From a bacterium (GTDB lineage: Bacteria > Patescibacteriota > Dojkabacteria > JAKAPS01 > JAJZLI01), in contig JAJZWL010000003.1 of NCBI GenBank assembly GCA_021846685.1, positions 17,700 through 81,699 on the forward strand: a stretch of 64,000 bases of DNA. The letters run 5' to 3'. The notes under the pieces are model-generated. The model ran no database searches and was not told the origin of the DNA. It worked only from the letters and a program-made list of their open reading frames with translations. Positions 1 through 8,902 of this stretch are shown here, in pieces (position 1 is the stretch's first letter; every line of letters begins with the position of its first letter). The position numbers were made by a program, and so were the translations under genes.

Positions 1-1
1 T

Positions 2-883
2 AGAGATGAAAATAGACCATTAGGTATATTTTTATTTGTAGGGCCAACTGGAGTGGGAAAAACTGAATTAGCAAAACAAATGGCTCTAAAATATATTGGA
101 AATGCTAAGTCTCTTATTCAAGTAGATATGAGTGAATATATGGAAGCACACAGTGTATCTAAGTTTATAGGATCTCCTCCAGGTTATGTTGGTTATCAAG
201 AGGGTGGACAATTAACAGAATATATTAAAAATAAGCCATACTCAGTAGTATTATTTGATGAAATAGAGAAGGCTCATCCAGCAGTACTAAATATACTATT
301 ACAAGTAATGGAAGAGGGGCATTTGACTGACAGTCGGGGTAGATTTATCAATTTTAAGAACACAATAATTGTACTAACTTCTAATATAGGTTCAGATATT
401 ATAGAAAGTAGTACAGTTCTTGGGTTTAATGTAAGCGATGATAATTTAGATAGCTCTAAGACTGCATTAGATGTAGAGAATGAATATAATAAGATTGAAG
501 AAGAGACAATGATAAGGTTAAAAGATTATCTTTTACCTGAATTCTTAAATAGAATTGATGATATTATAGTATTTAAATCACTTAATAAATCTGATGCGTT
601 GAAAATTACCAAAAAATTGGGAATTAAATATAGCAAAAGACTTTTAAAAAACAAGATTGAATTATCTTACTCTGATAGTTTTATAAAATTCATATCAAAT
701 AAAGGTTTTAATGAAGAATTCGGTGCTCGACAAATAAAAAGAGTATTTAATAAATATACAGAAACTAGTCTAGCAACATTTTTTATTGAAAATTCAAACT
801 TAATGTCTACAGGGCTAACTCAAAGTATTAAGCTTCATTTAGATATTGATTCTGAAGATAAAGTTAACATCAAGATTCTCTAA
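2..883 (+). CDS. clpC: ATP-dependent Clp protease ATP-binding subunit (ClpC/ClpB family), 3' part; begins before the window
   Basis: The frame is open from position 2 (RDENRPLGIFLFVGPTGVGKT). Second AAA+ domain motifs: GSPPGYVGY, LFDEIEKAHP, FGAR. Confidence 0.85.
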   Translation, partial: RDENRPLGIFLFVGPTGVGKTELAKQMALKYIGNAKSLIQVDMSEYMEAHSVSKFIGSPPGYVGYQEGGQLTEYIKNKPYSVVLFDEIEKAHPAVLNILLQVMEEGHLTDSRGRFINFKNTIIVLTSNIGSDIIESSTVLGFNVSDDNLDSSKTALDVENEYNKIEEETMIRLKDYLLPEFLNRIDDIIVFKSLNKSDALKITKKLGIKYSKRLLKNKIELSYSDSFIKFISNKGFNEEFGARQIKRVFNKYTETSLATFFIENSNLMSTGLTQSIKLHLDIDSEDKVNIKIL

Positions 884-887
884 ACAG

Positions 888-931
888 GTTATCCACATAA
901 ATTCGAACTTCCAAAGTTATCCACATAAATT
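888..931 (+). promoter_or_regulatory. Two perfect DnaA boxes (TTATCCACA at 889-897 and 917-925) within a 16-bp direct repeat
   Basis: GTTATCCACATAAATT occurs at 888-903 and 916-931, 28 bp apart. It matches the DnaA-box consensus. Confidence 0.75.
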
Positions 932-989
932 AAGTATTACTTTCATATCAACATTTCCAAGCTTTTTATCGAACTAACAATCTATGGGG

Positions 990-1018
990 TTGACAAAAAA
1001 ATGGTTATAGGTTAAAAT
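990..1018 (+). promoter_or_regulatory. Sigma70-type promoter (P1)
   Basis: TTGACA (990-995), 17 bp spacer, TAAAAT (1013-1018). Confidence 0.7.
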
Positions 1019-1024
1019 TTATTT

Positions 1025-1173
1025 AGTTCATTAAAAACTTATTTCCCTGGGTCTAGTTAGTAAAAGAAGCTTTGCTGGTCCCAAGGATATAGGTTTTTTG
1101 TAATAGTAAGTTAAATATATCTATTTAATTTATTATTGGGATCGGTGGGGGGCAGTACCGATCCCTTTTTTTT
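1025..1173 (+). ncRNA. Putative structured small RNA / attenuator of unknown class
   Basis: It lies between a consensus promoter and an intrinsic terminator, has a long imperfect hairpin at about 1029-1104 and shows no ATG-initiated ORF. Confidence 0.5.
1138..1173 (+). terminator. Intrinsic terminator
   Basis: 9-bp stem GGGATCGGT/ACCGATCCC, 10-nt loop, then T8. Confidence 0.8.
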
Positions 1174-1174
1174 A

Positions 1175-1203
1175 TTGACTATTTATCAATATTAAGATAA
1201 ACT
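1175..1203 (+). promoter_or_regulatory. Sigma70-type promoter (P2) for rplJL
   Basis: TTGACT (1175-1180), 17 bp spacer, TAAACT (1198-1203). Confidence 0.6.
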
Positions 1204-1219
1204 TTAATCTGTTCTCTTA

Positions 1220-1290
1220 AATTTAGTTTAAGAAAGTAGGATCCGCATTTGTTATGGATTAAAAGTTCATCCTACTGAAACTATAAATTC
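1220..1290 (+). promoter_or_regulatory. L10 leader (ribosomal protein autoregulatory RNA)
   Basis: Pattern TAGTTT-AAGA-AAGTAGG...TTAA...CCTACT-GA-AACTA (kink-turn-like, AGTAGG/CCTACT stem) directly upstream of rplJ. Confidence 0.7.
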
Positions 1291-1297
1291 TTTAAAA

Positions 1298-1831
1298 ATG
1301 GCAATTAATAAACAAAAAAAACAGGATATACTCATTGAATATATGAATGATATTAATTCTTCGGAATGTATTTTCTTAATTAATACTAGTGGGTTGTCTG
1401 TAAATGTAATTGATGAATTTAGAGTTAAATTAAGATCTTTAAATAATTCTAAATATAAATTGATAAAAAATACGCTATTTAAGTTAGCTCTGTCTAAAAA
1501 AGAACTTACTGAGGATATATTAACTAATATTTATGGTTATAATGCAGTAGTCTTTTCAATAAAAGATAGTAATTTAATTGCAAAAGAAATTGTTGATTTT
1601 GCAGAAAGTAATGGTGTAGAAATTAATTTTGGATTGTTAAACCTCAATCTACTTAATAAAAATGAAATAAAATCTCTAAGCCAGATCCCTAATAAGCAAA
1701 CATTAATAGGTTCCTTAATTTATGTATTGAATTTTAATACTAATAAAGTATTAAATGCATTAAACTATAATACTAAATTACTTATTAATAGTATTGATCT
1801 AGTAAAAGATAAAAAGGAGGTGAATGTATAA
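1298..1831 (+). CDS. rplJ: 50S ribosomal protein L10
   Basis: KNTLFKLAL motif, expected size, upstream of rplL. Confidence 0.92.
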   Translation: MAINKQKKQDILIEYMNDINSSECIFLINTSGLSVNVIDEFRVKLRSLNNSKYKLIKNTLFKLALSKKELTEDILTNIYGYNAVVFSIKDSNLIAKEIVDFAESNGVEINFGLLNLNLLNKNEIKSLSQIPNKQTLIGSLIYVLNFNTNKVLNALNYNTKLLINSIDLVKDKKEVNV

Positions 1832-2232
1832 TGGAAGATAAAAAATTAAATAGTATTGTTGAAGAAATCGAAAAAATGAATATTTTAGAAGTTTCTAAGC
1901 TTGTTAAACTATTGGAAGATAAGTTTGATGTAAAAGCTAATAATCAAGTCCAGGTAGTTGCTTCTGGTGTATCTCAAGGCCAAGCAGATGGTTCAGATAA
2001 TGCAGGTACTCAAGAAAAGACTGCTTTTGAAGTGATATTAGAATCTACTGGTGAGAAAAAAATAGAAGTAATTAAAGCTTTAAGAGTAATTAATCCTGAA
2101 TTAGGTTTAAAGGAAGCTAAAGATTTAACTGAGGCTACTCCTAAAACTATTAAAGAGTCTGTAGATAAAGATGAAGCAGATAAGATTAAAAAAATGTTTG
2201 AAGATGCAGGTGCAACAATAACATTAAAATAA
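1831..2232 (+). CDS. rplL: 50S ribosomal protein L7/L12
   Basis: EKTAFEVIL, KIEVIKALR and LGLKEAKDL motifs; SD AAGGAGG upstream. Confidence 0.97.
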   Translation: MEDKKLNSIVEEIEKMNILEVSKLVKLLEDKFDVKANNQVQVVASGVSQGQADGSDNAGTQEKTAFEVILESTGEKKIEVIKALRVINPELGLKEAKDLTEATPKTIKESVDKDEADKIKKMFEDAGATITLK

Positions 2233-2236
2233 AGTT

Positions 2237-2270
2237 AAGGGGATTGAAAATTTTAATCCCCTTTCTTTTT
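2237..2270 (+). terminator. Intrinsic terminator after rplL, between convergent genes
   Basis: AAGGGGATTGAA / TTTAATCCCCTT hairpin followed by a T-rich tail. Confidence 0.8.
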
Positions 2271-3597
2271 ATATAATAGCTGATATCCCCAAAAATAACC
2301 CAATTATTTCCCAATTAAACATTAAAGTTAAATATGAATGGAAAAAGTTAGATATAAATATTCCTATGAATCCTGATAAAAGAGATACTAATATAATCTT
2401 CTTATCCTTATCTAATTCTTTAACTTTATATAATATATTTTTAAAGAAATTAAAAAAGAAATACATATAAGATAAAAACCCTATAAGGCCAATTTCTGAT
2501 AACCATAATAAGAATAGGGGAGGATTATCTATGTTATTGTAGTAATAGTTGATATGTGGCTTTATGTAGGTTCCGAAATAGTAAGTAAATGTACCTAATC
2601 CTGTCCCAAAGATCATATGTTTTATAAATATGATATAACTATATTTTACTAAAATATAATGTCCTAAATATGAAAATCTTTCTTTGTAGTAAAAGTATTT
2701 AATTATTAAATTAATTTTAACAATCATGATTAATAACAAAATACTAAGAAGAATAATATAATATTTGAAATGCCTATGTTTGTAGAGTTTTAGTGCTATT
2801 ACTATATATATAATTGAAAATATCAAGCCAATAAGTGCACTTTTTGAAAATGTCATTATAAAATAAATGAATATTACAGGAGCTATATATCTAGCATATT
2901 TTGTAATATATTTTTCAGTATATTTTTTATTTAAAAAATATACTGAAATTAGTAGAGGAATTATTATTAATATATATCCTGCCGCTGTATTTACATCTGT
3001 GAAAGTGGAATCTGGCCTAAGAAAATTTATTCCATGTATAGTTGTAATAAAGGTATTTGGATTAATTGTAGAAGAATAGAGTAGTTTACTTATATTAAAT
3101 GTATCAAATTTAAAAAATAGATATCCGAAAAACTGTAGAATTCCATAAAGTGAAATAATAAGAGAAGAAACTAAAAGGGAATTGATGACTATTTTGACAT
3201 TTCTGTATATCACTAAGTAATAATAAGATATTATTATCAATAGAGCGTTCAATATGATATATATCGTTGCTTTTGTTGATAAGAATTTATTTAGTGAAAA
3301 AATATCAGATATTATAATACTTAAAATAATCAAGGCAATAGAGTACATAACTTTTTTCTCAAGTTTAAATTTCTTTCTTTTTAATAATAATAATTTTATG
3401 TCTTTATAGTTAACAAAAATTGTTAAAATTAAAATAGGAATAAATAGTATTATTGGATCAAGTGTAAACCCTAAATACAGATTAAATCTTTCTAGTGGTA
3501 ATAGAAGGATTGATATAGGAATAGAGAGTTTTGGATAATTTAGTGTTAAGATTGCTATTGCAAGATAGATTGTTATAAGAATTATAATTAGTAACAT
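2269..3597 (-). CDS. O-antigen ligase / Wzy_C-family polytopic membrane protein
   Basis: Many TM segments; RPDSTFTDVNTAAGY, TFSKSA and FGTGLGTF motifs typical of the WaaL-like family. Confidence 0.7.
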   Translation of the reverse strand: MLLIIILITIYLAIAILTLNYPKLSIPISILLLPLERFNLYLGFTLDPIILFIPILILTIFVNYKDIKLLLLKRKKFKLEKKVMYSIALIILSIIISDIFSLNKFLSTKATIYIILNALLIIISYYYLVIYRNVKIVINSLLVSSLIISLYGILQFFGYLFFKFDTFNISKLLYSSTINPNTFITTIHGINFLRPDSTFTDVNTAAGYILIIIPLLISVYFLNKKYTEKYITKYARYIAPVIFIYFIMTFSKSALIGLIFSIIYIVIALKLYKHRHFKYYIILLSILLLIMIVKINLIIKYFYYKERFSYLGHYILVKYSYIIFIKHMIFGTGLGTFTYYFGTYIKPHINYYYNNIDNPPLFLLWLSEIGLIGFLSYMYFFFNFFKNILYKVKELDKDKKIILVSLLSGFIGIFISNFFHSYLTLMFNWEIIGLFLGISAII

Positions 3598-3601
3598 AGT
3601 T

Positions 3602-4612
3602 TTATAAAGGATTTTTAATATTCTTAGAAAGTGCTTCTATATATTTTATTGCTTCAGCTGCACCTTCTGATACATTAAATAATGTATTATCATTAACATA
3701 CACTGGTATACCTATTGCTCTAGATAATAATACATCAATATTTCTTAGTAATGAAGTTCCTCCGCTTAAAAGAATTCCTCTGTCTATAATATCTGAAGAT
3801 AATTCTGGAGGAGTTTTTTCTAATATTTGCCTTGTAGTCTGAATTATTAGATTCAATGGAGACTTTATAGCCTCAACTACTATGTTTGTATCAATATTGA
3901 CAGCCTTAGGCATTCCGGTAATAGAATCTCTTCCCTTTATTTCCATCTCTAAAGGAGAGGTAAGGGGTAAAGCCGATCCAATATTAAGCTTTATATTTTC
4001 TGCCATTTGATTTCCGATAACTATCCCTCTGTTTTTCTTTAAAAAATTTATTATTGATTCATTTATATAATCACCACCTATTCTTATTGCATCAGATATA
4101 ACTATCCCATTAAGGGATATTATTGCAAATTCAGCAGTGCCACCCCCTATATTGATAACCATATTCCCAGATGAGGTTCCTATTGGTAAATTACACCCAA
4201 TAGCTGTTAATAGGGATTCTGGCATTAAGTAAACTTTTTTTGCTCCAGAATTCACAATTGCCTCATATATAGCTCTTTTTTCTACTGAAGTTAATCCTGA
4301 TGATATGCTAGCTACTACTTCTGATCCTGATAGAAACTTTGATTTAGATACCTTAGATAAAAAATGTTTTATCATTAATTCAGAGATCTTGTAATTAGCA
4401 ATAGCTCCTCCTTTGATGGGATTTTTAGAGATAATTCCTTCGGGAGTCTTGCCTAGCATTTCTTTTGCTTCATAACCTATTGCTATAACTGAATTGTCAT
4501 CTACCGATATCGCTACGACAGAAGGTTCATCTAGTAATATTCCTTTATTGAGACCTGATATTCGAGAATTAGATGTACCAAAATCTAATCCAAATTTATT
4601 TTTATTAAACAT
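3602..4612 (-). CDS. mreB: MreB/Mbl-family actin-like protein (divergent paralog)
   Basis: GLDFGTSN, EPSVVAI, NIGGGT and TPPELSSDI motifs. Confidence 0.88.
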   Translation of the reverse strand: MFNKNKFGLDFGTSNSRISGLNKGILLDEPSVVAISVDDNSVIAIGYEAKEMLGKTPEGIISKNPIKGGAIANYKISELMIKHFLSKVSKSKFLSGSEVVASISSGLTSVEKRAIYEAIVNSGAKKVYLMPESLLTAIGCNLPIGTSSGNMVINIGGGTAEFAIISLNGIVISDAIRIGGDYINESIINFLKKNRGIVIGNQMAENIKLNIGSALPLTSPLEMEIKGRDSITGMPKAVNIDTNIVVEAIKSPLNLIIQTTRQILEKTPPELSSDIIDRGILLSGGTSLLRNIDVLLSRAIGIPVYVNDNTLFNVSEGAAEAIKYIEALSKNIKNPL

Positions 4613-4688
4613 ATTTTTAAAAATTATTTTATTTTGTGCTATAATTCTAGCATATATTCTGCTGTATTGAAATATTTTTGATATATTT

Positions 4689-6128
4689 ATGAAAAATAAA
4701 AAAATAAAAAATTTTTTAAATAAAATATCTTCTTTTGTTATTATATTACTTATATTAGTAATAGCGCTATTTGTCGTTCTTTACGCAAGGGGTTATAATT
4801 TCGATATCTCTAATTTGTCAATAACATCTACAGGGATAATTAGGGTAAATACAACTCCAAATAACTCTCAAGTATACTTAAATAATAAATACGTAGGAAA
4901 TTCTCCTGTAGTTTTAAATTCTATAAATCCAGGAGCATATAACATAAAGGTTTTAAAGACTAATTATACTCAATGGGATAGTTTGGTCACAGTGAAGTCT
5001 GGGAATATCACAAATGTAGACCCATTCTTACTTCCTACGCAGGTTGATCAAAGCATAGTTAAGACTGCTGGAAATGTGTATAAAGTCATTTATAATAGGA
5101 ATAGTAACTATTTATATATTATTGTAGTAAAGAATAATATATATAAATTATATTACTTAAATTTATCTTTGATTACCCAAGGTTATAAATTAAATTATGT
5201 TACGAATCTAACTAAAATTATTAAATTTAATGGTAAAAATAATATAACAATTGAGAGTAATTCTTCTATAGCAAATATAATATTGCAATATAATAATAAA
5301 TATTATATTTATAATATAGCTACGAATAAATTATTATCTCTTAGTAAAATAATTTATTCTAATAATTTTACTAATATTAAATGGGCAGATTCGTCAAATT
5401 ATATTTTATTGAGAAATAAAAATTTATTATCAGTATTTAATTTATCTACTAACCAAACATACCTATTGTCATACACACCAAACTCTTCTTCGGGTATTTC
5501 ATACAGAGTCTTGAGTTCTAGTCAGATAATTTTTTCATTGTATAGTCGTAGTACTAATATTTCTAATATTTTCATTTCCAATTTAAATGGTACTGAAAAA
5601 ACACTTGTTTATAAAATAACAGGAGATATAAATAATATTTTTGTAAATAGTGAAGAGTCATATGTAGCAATTTCTGTAAAAGGAGGAAATAATTATTTGT
5701 TGTCATTAAAAAACAATATTTTGTCACATAAAATAAAGTTTGCTAGTCAATCTAAGATACTTACTTTTAATAGTCAGAATAACTACATATTGACAGAAAA
5801 GAACAATACAGTATATGCCTATTATATTAATAACCTATCAAAGATTTTAGTGATTGATAATTACAATCAATTACATAATTTAAAGCTGTATTCTTTAGGT
5901 AGTTATATATTTTTTCAAAAGAAAAATCCAAATAGCACAACCTATTCTTTATATGAACAAACAATAGGACTCAGTACCCCTGTTTTATTAAGTAAAGATA
6001 CTGTAGGTGATTATTATATTTCTGTTGGAGGGGATTATTTGTTTTTTAAATATTATTATAAAAATAGTACATACCTTTATGCTATGACTTTAATAAAAAA
6101 TAATAATATTTTCCCTTTTGCTCTATAA
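4689..6128 (+). CDS. PEGA-domain membrane-anchored protein with a predicted beta-rich C-terminus
   Basis: N-terminal TM, then the YARGY..TGIIRVNTTPNNSQVYLN..PGAYNIKV PEGA pattern. Confidence 0.7.
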   Translation: MKNKKIKNFLNKISSFVIILLILVIALFVVLYARGYNFDISNLSITSTGIIRVNTTPNNSQVYLNNKYVGNSPVVLNSINPGAYNIKVLKTNYTQWDSLVTVKSGNITNVDPFLLPTQVDQSIVKTAGNVYKVIYNRNSNYLYIIVVKNNIYKLYYLNLSLITQGYKLNYVTNLTKIIKFNGKNNITIESNSSIANIILQYNNKYYIYNIATNKLLSLSKIIYSNNFTNIKWADSSNYILLRNKNLLSVFNLSTNQTYLLSYTPNSSSGISYRVLSSSQIIFSLYSRSTNISNIFISNLNGTEKTLVYKITGDINNIFVNSEESYVAISVKGGNNYLLSLKNNILSHKIKFASQSKILTFNSQNNYILTEKNNTVYAYYINNLSKILVIDNYNQLHNLKLYSLGSYIFFQKKNPNSTTYSLYEQTIGLSTPVLLSKDTVGDYYISVGGDYLFFKYYYKNSTYLYAMTLIKNNNIFPFAL

Positions 6129-6133
6129 GTAAA

Positions 6134-6207
6134 TGTCCCTGATAGGATTCGAACCTATGACCTTCTCGTTAGGACCGAGATGCTCTATCCATCTGAGCTA
6201 CAGAGAC
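6134..6207 (-). tRNA. tRNA-Arg(CCT)
   Basis: Minus-strand cloverleaf: acceptor GTCTCTG/CAGGGAC, anticodon arm TCTCG-GTCCTAA-CGAGA, T-loop TTCGAAT. CCA is not encoded. Confidence 0.92.
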
Positions 6208-6274
6208 ATGAATATTTTGAATATTTATTTATTATATAGTAAAATAGTCATTAAGTTAATATTAAATATATAAT

Positions 6275-6892
6275 ATGGATAATTATAAATATCAAAGAAC
6301 TTTAGTTTTAATAAAACATGATGGTGTGGCTAGGGGATTAGTTGGAGATATAATTTCAAGATTTGAAAGAATTGGTTTAAAAATTATTGCTATGAAGTTA
6401 ATTTTAGCAGATGATAATAGAGCAAAGAGTCATTATCCTGATTCTAAAGAATGGTATTTAAATGTAGGTAATAGGATAATATCAAATTATAAAGAAAAAG
6501 AATTGGATGTAAAGAAAGATTTTTCTACAGATGATCCTATTGAAATAGGTAAAATTATAAAATCATATAATGAAGAATATCTATTAGCTGGTCCGGTAGT
6601 AGCAATGGTATTAGAAGGTCCAGAGGCTATTAAAATAGTACGAAAGATATTGGGGTTAACAAATCCATTAGAATCTCCCGTAGGTACAATTAGGGGTGAT
6701 TATTCTTGGGATAATAATGAATTAGCTACATTGCAAAAAAGGCCCTTGTATAATTTAATGCATGCTTCAAGCTCTGAAGAGGATTCTTCGTATGAAATTA
6801 ATCTTTGGTTTGATAAAAGTGAATTATTAGATTATAAAATAAGTCCAGAGGATTTTACTGGGTGGAAAAGCAAATTATCTCCTAAAGAATAA
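6275..6892 (+). CDS. ndk: Nucleoside diphosphate kinase
   Basis: QRTLVLIKHDG, GPVVAMVLEG, GTIRGD and catalytic NLMHAS motifs. Confidence 0.93.
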   Translation: MDNYKYQRTLVLIKHDGVARGLVGDIISRFERIGLKIIAMKLILADDNRAKSHYPDSKEWYLNVGNRIISNYKEKELDVKKDFSTDDPIEIGKIIKSYNEEYLLAGPVVAMVLEGPEAIKIVRKILGLTNPLESPVGTIRGDYSWDNNELATLQKRPLYNLMHASSSEEDSSYEINLWFDKSELLDYKISPEDFTGWKSKLSPKE

Positions 6893-7255
6893 ACATATAT
6901 TTTTTATCATATAAGAATTTATCATATTAACTTATGTACCCCCATGCAAATTCTACAAAAATCTCTGTTTTGTCTGGAGATACATATCAAAAATCAAAGA
7001 AGTAGCACATTGGTATAATTGTGACTTTATACTTATTAATATGCTTTATTCAGACCTCTTAGCATAATATTATATGACTGATAAAGTCCATTAATAAATC
7101 TTAAATAAATGAAGATGTTTAGAATTTTGATTGTTATTACAAAAGAGTTTTTTAATGGGTAGTTTATGCTAATATAAATACCTATAATCTGTGTATATTT
7201 TCTATTTTAACCAACATTCTGCTGAAGAAATAGTTTACAGGAGATATATCTATTT

Positions 7256-7411
7256 TCAAATGAGGATATTTTCTTTATTAGCAGAACTTAAATCATTAAG
7301 ATCAAGACCGCCACCAAGATGTTCTGGGAGTGTTACTCCTTCAAGTGTTGTGAGACTACTTAGGATTCTTAACTCAGAAAGATTTTAATTTTGAGGTAAA
7401 AAGTCTGCCAT
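7256..7411 (-). pseudogene. Remnant of a leucine-rich-repeat-like protein
   Basis: The minus frame reads MADFLPQN*NLSELRILSSLTTLEGVTLPEHLGGGLDLNDLSSANKE, with an internal TAA. KYPHLKI continues in another frame. Confidence 0.5.
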
Positions 7412-7558
7412 TAAAGTAATTTCTATTACATTAAGAACATATAATCTTTTCTTTATGCACTATGTAACGAGTATTTTTGTGATTAAAGTTATAAATTTAT
7501 CTTATTCATACTTTTGATCACTATATCAAGAGACTGACAAAACTTACTAATATATTAG

Positions 7559-8824
7559 TTAATTAAGATTTTCATGTAAAGTTAGTAAAAAATCACTATT
7601 ATTTTTAGTTTTCTTTAATCTATCAATTAACAGTTCACTACTTTCTTGAGATTTTAATGTATCTAACATTCTCCTTATAATCCATGATTGATTTAATACT
7701 TCTGAAGATAGTAATTTTTCTTCATGTCTAGTTCCTGATTTTATAACATCTATTGCTGGATATATTCTACGTTCTGATAATTTTCTATCAAGATGTAATT
7801 CCATATTACCAGTTCCTTTAAATTCTTCAAATACTAAATCATCCATTCTGCTACCTGTATCTACTAATGCTGTTGCTATAATAGTTAAACTTCCATACTC
7901 CTCTAAGTTTCTAGCTGAACCAAAAAACTTTTTAGGTGGATATAAAGCAATAGGATCAAAACCTCCTGATAAAGTTCTTCCTGAAGGAGGAACTGTTATA
8001 TTATATGCTCTTGCTAGTCTTGTTAAACTATCCATAAGTAATAATACATCTCTTCCTTCTTCTACCAATCTTTTAGCTCTATCTAAAGCTATTTCAGCAA
8101 CTTTTATTTGATTATCTGGTTGCTCATCAAAATTAGATGCAAAAACTTCTCCTTTTGTTGATTTTCTTATATCTGTTACCTCTTCCGGCCTTTCTCCTAT
8201 TAGCAATATCATTAAATGTATCTCTGGATAATTCTTTGAAACGCCATCGGCTATATCTTTTAAAAGTGTTGTTTTCCCAGACTTAGGAGGGGATACTATC
8301 ATTCCTCTTTGTCCTTTGCCAATAGGAGCTAAAAGGTCTATCATTCTATTAGATAATCTAGTTTGATCTATTTCTAATAAAATTTGCTTGTCCGGAAATA
8401 TTGGAGTTAACCTTTCAAATGGAGTTCTTTTTGCAGCTTCATTTGGATCTCTTTCATTTATTTTTTCTATTTTTAATATACTTAAATATCTTTCATTATC
8501 TTTAGGTAATCTTGCTTTTCCTTTTATATAGTCTCCTTGTTTTAGATTAAATTTTTTTATTTGAGATCCTGAGACATATACATCATTTTCTCCTGGTAAC
8601 AAAGTATAAGATCTTAATATACCATGAATACCATCATTTATAACTTCTAAAATACCCTCAACTATAATATCAGCATCGCCCTTACTTAAAGATTTTAATA
8701 TACTAAATATAGTATCGCGTTTTCCTAATTCTTGATAGTTTTCTATGTTCTCTTTTTCTGCAATTATCCTTAATTCTGCTAAACTTTTTGAATCTAAACT
8801 TTGTAGTGAAAAATTCTCTTTCAT
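7559..8824 (-). CDS. rho: Transcription termination factor Rho
   Basis: PIGKGQRGMIVSPPKSGKT, GERPEEVTD and FKGTGNMELHL motifs. Confidence 0.98.
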   Translation of the reverse strand: MKENFSLQSLDSKSLAELRIIAEKENIENYQELGKRDTIFSILKSLSKGDADIIVEGILEVINDGIHGILRSYTLLPGENDVYVSGSQIKKFNLKQGDYIKGKARLPKDNERYLSILKIEKINERDPNEAAKRTPFERLTPIFPDKQILLEIDQTRLSNRMIDLLAPIGKGQRGMIVSPPKSGKTTLLKDIADGVSKNYPEIHLMILLIGERPEEVTDIRKSTKGEVFASNFDEQPDNQIKVAEIALDRAKRLVEEGRDVLLLMDSLTRLARAYNITVPPSGRTLSGGFDPIALYPPKKFFGSARNLEEYGSLTIIATALVDTGSRMDDLVFEEFKGTGNMELHLDRKLSERRIYPAIDVIKSGTRHEEKLLSSEVLNQSWIIRRMLDTLKSQESSELLIDRLKKTKNNSDFLLTLHENLN

Positions 8825-8902
8825 ATTTTTATTGTGTAAATTTATATTATCATGGATTAGAGTGATATTAATATATTATTACAAAATGAATAAAATATCA
8901 AC

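Noticed and set aside
1029-1116. Long hairpin as SRP (4.5S) RNA
   Set aside because: The size fits, but the conserved helix-8 motif (CAGG...GNRA...AGCAG) is absent on both strands.
7191-7388. 65-aa + strand ORF
   Set aside because: It is the shadow of the minus-strand repeat-protein remnant.
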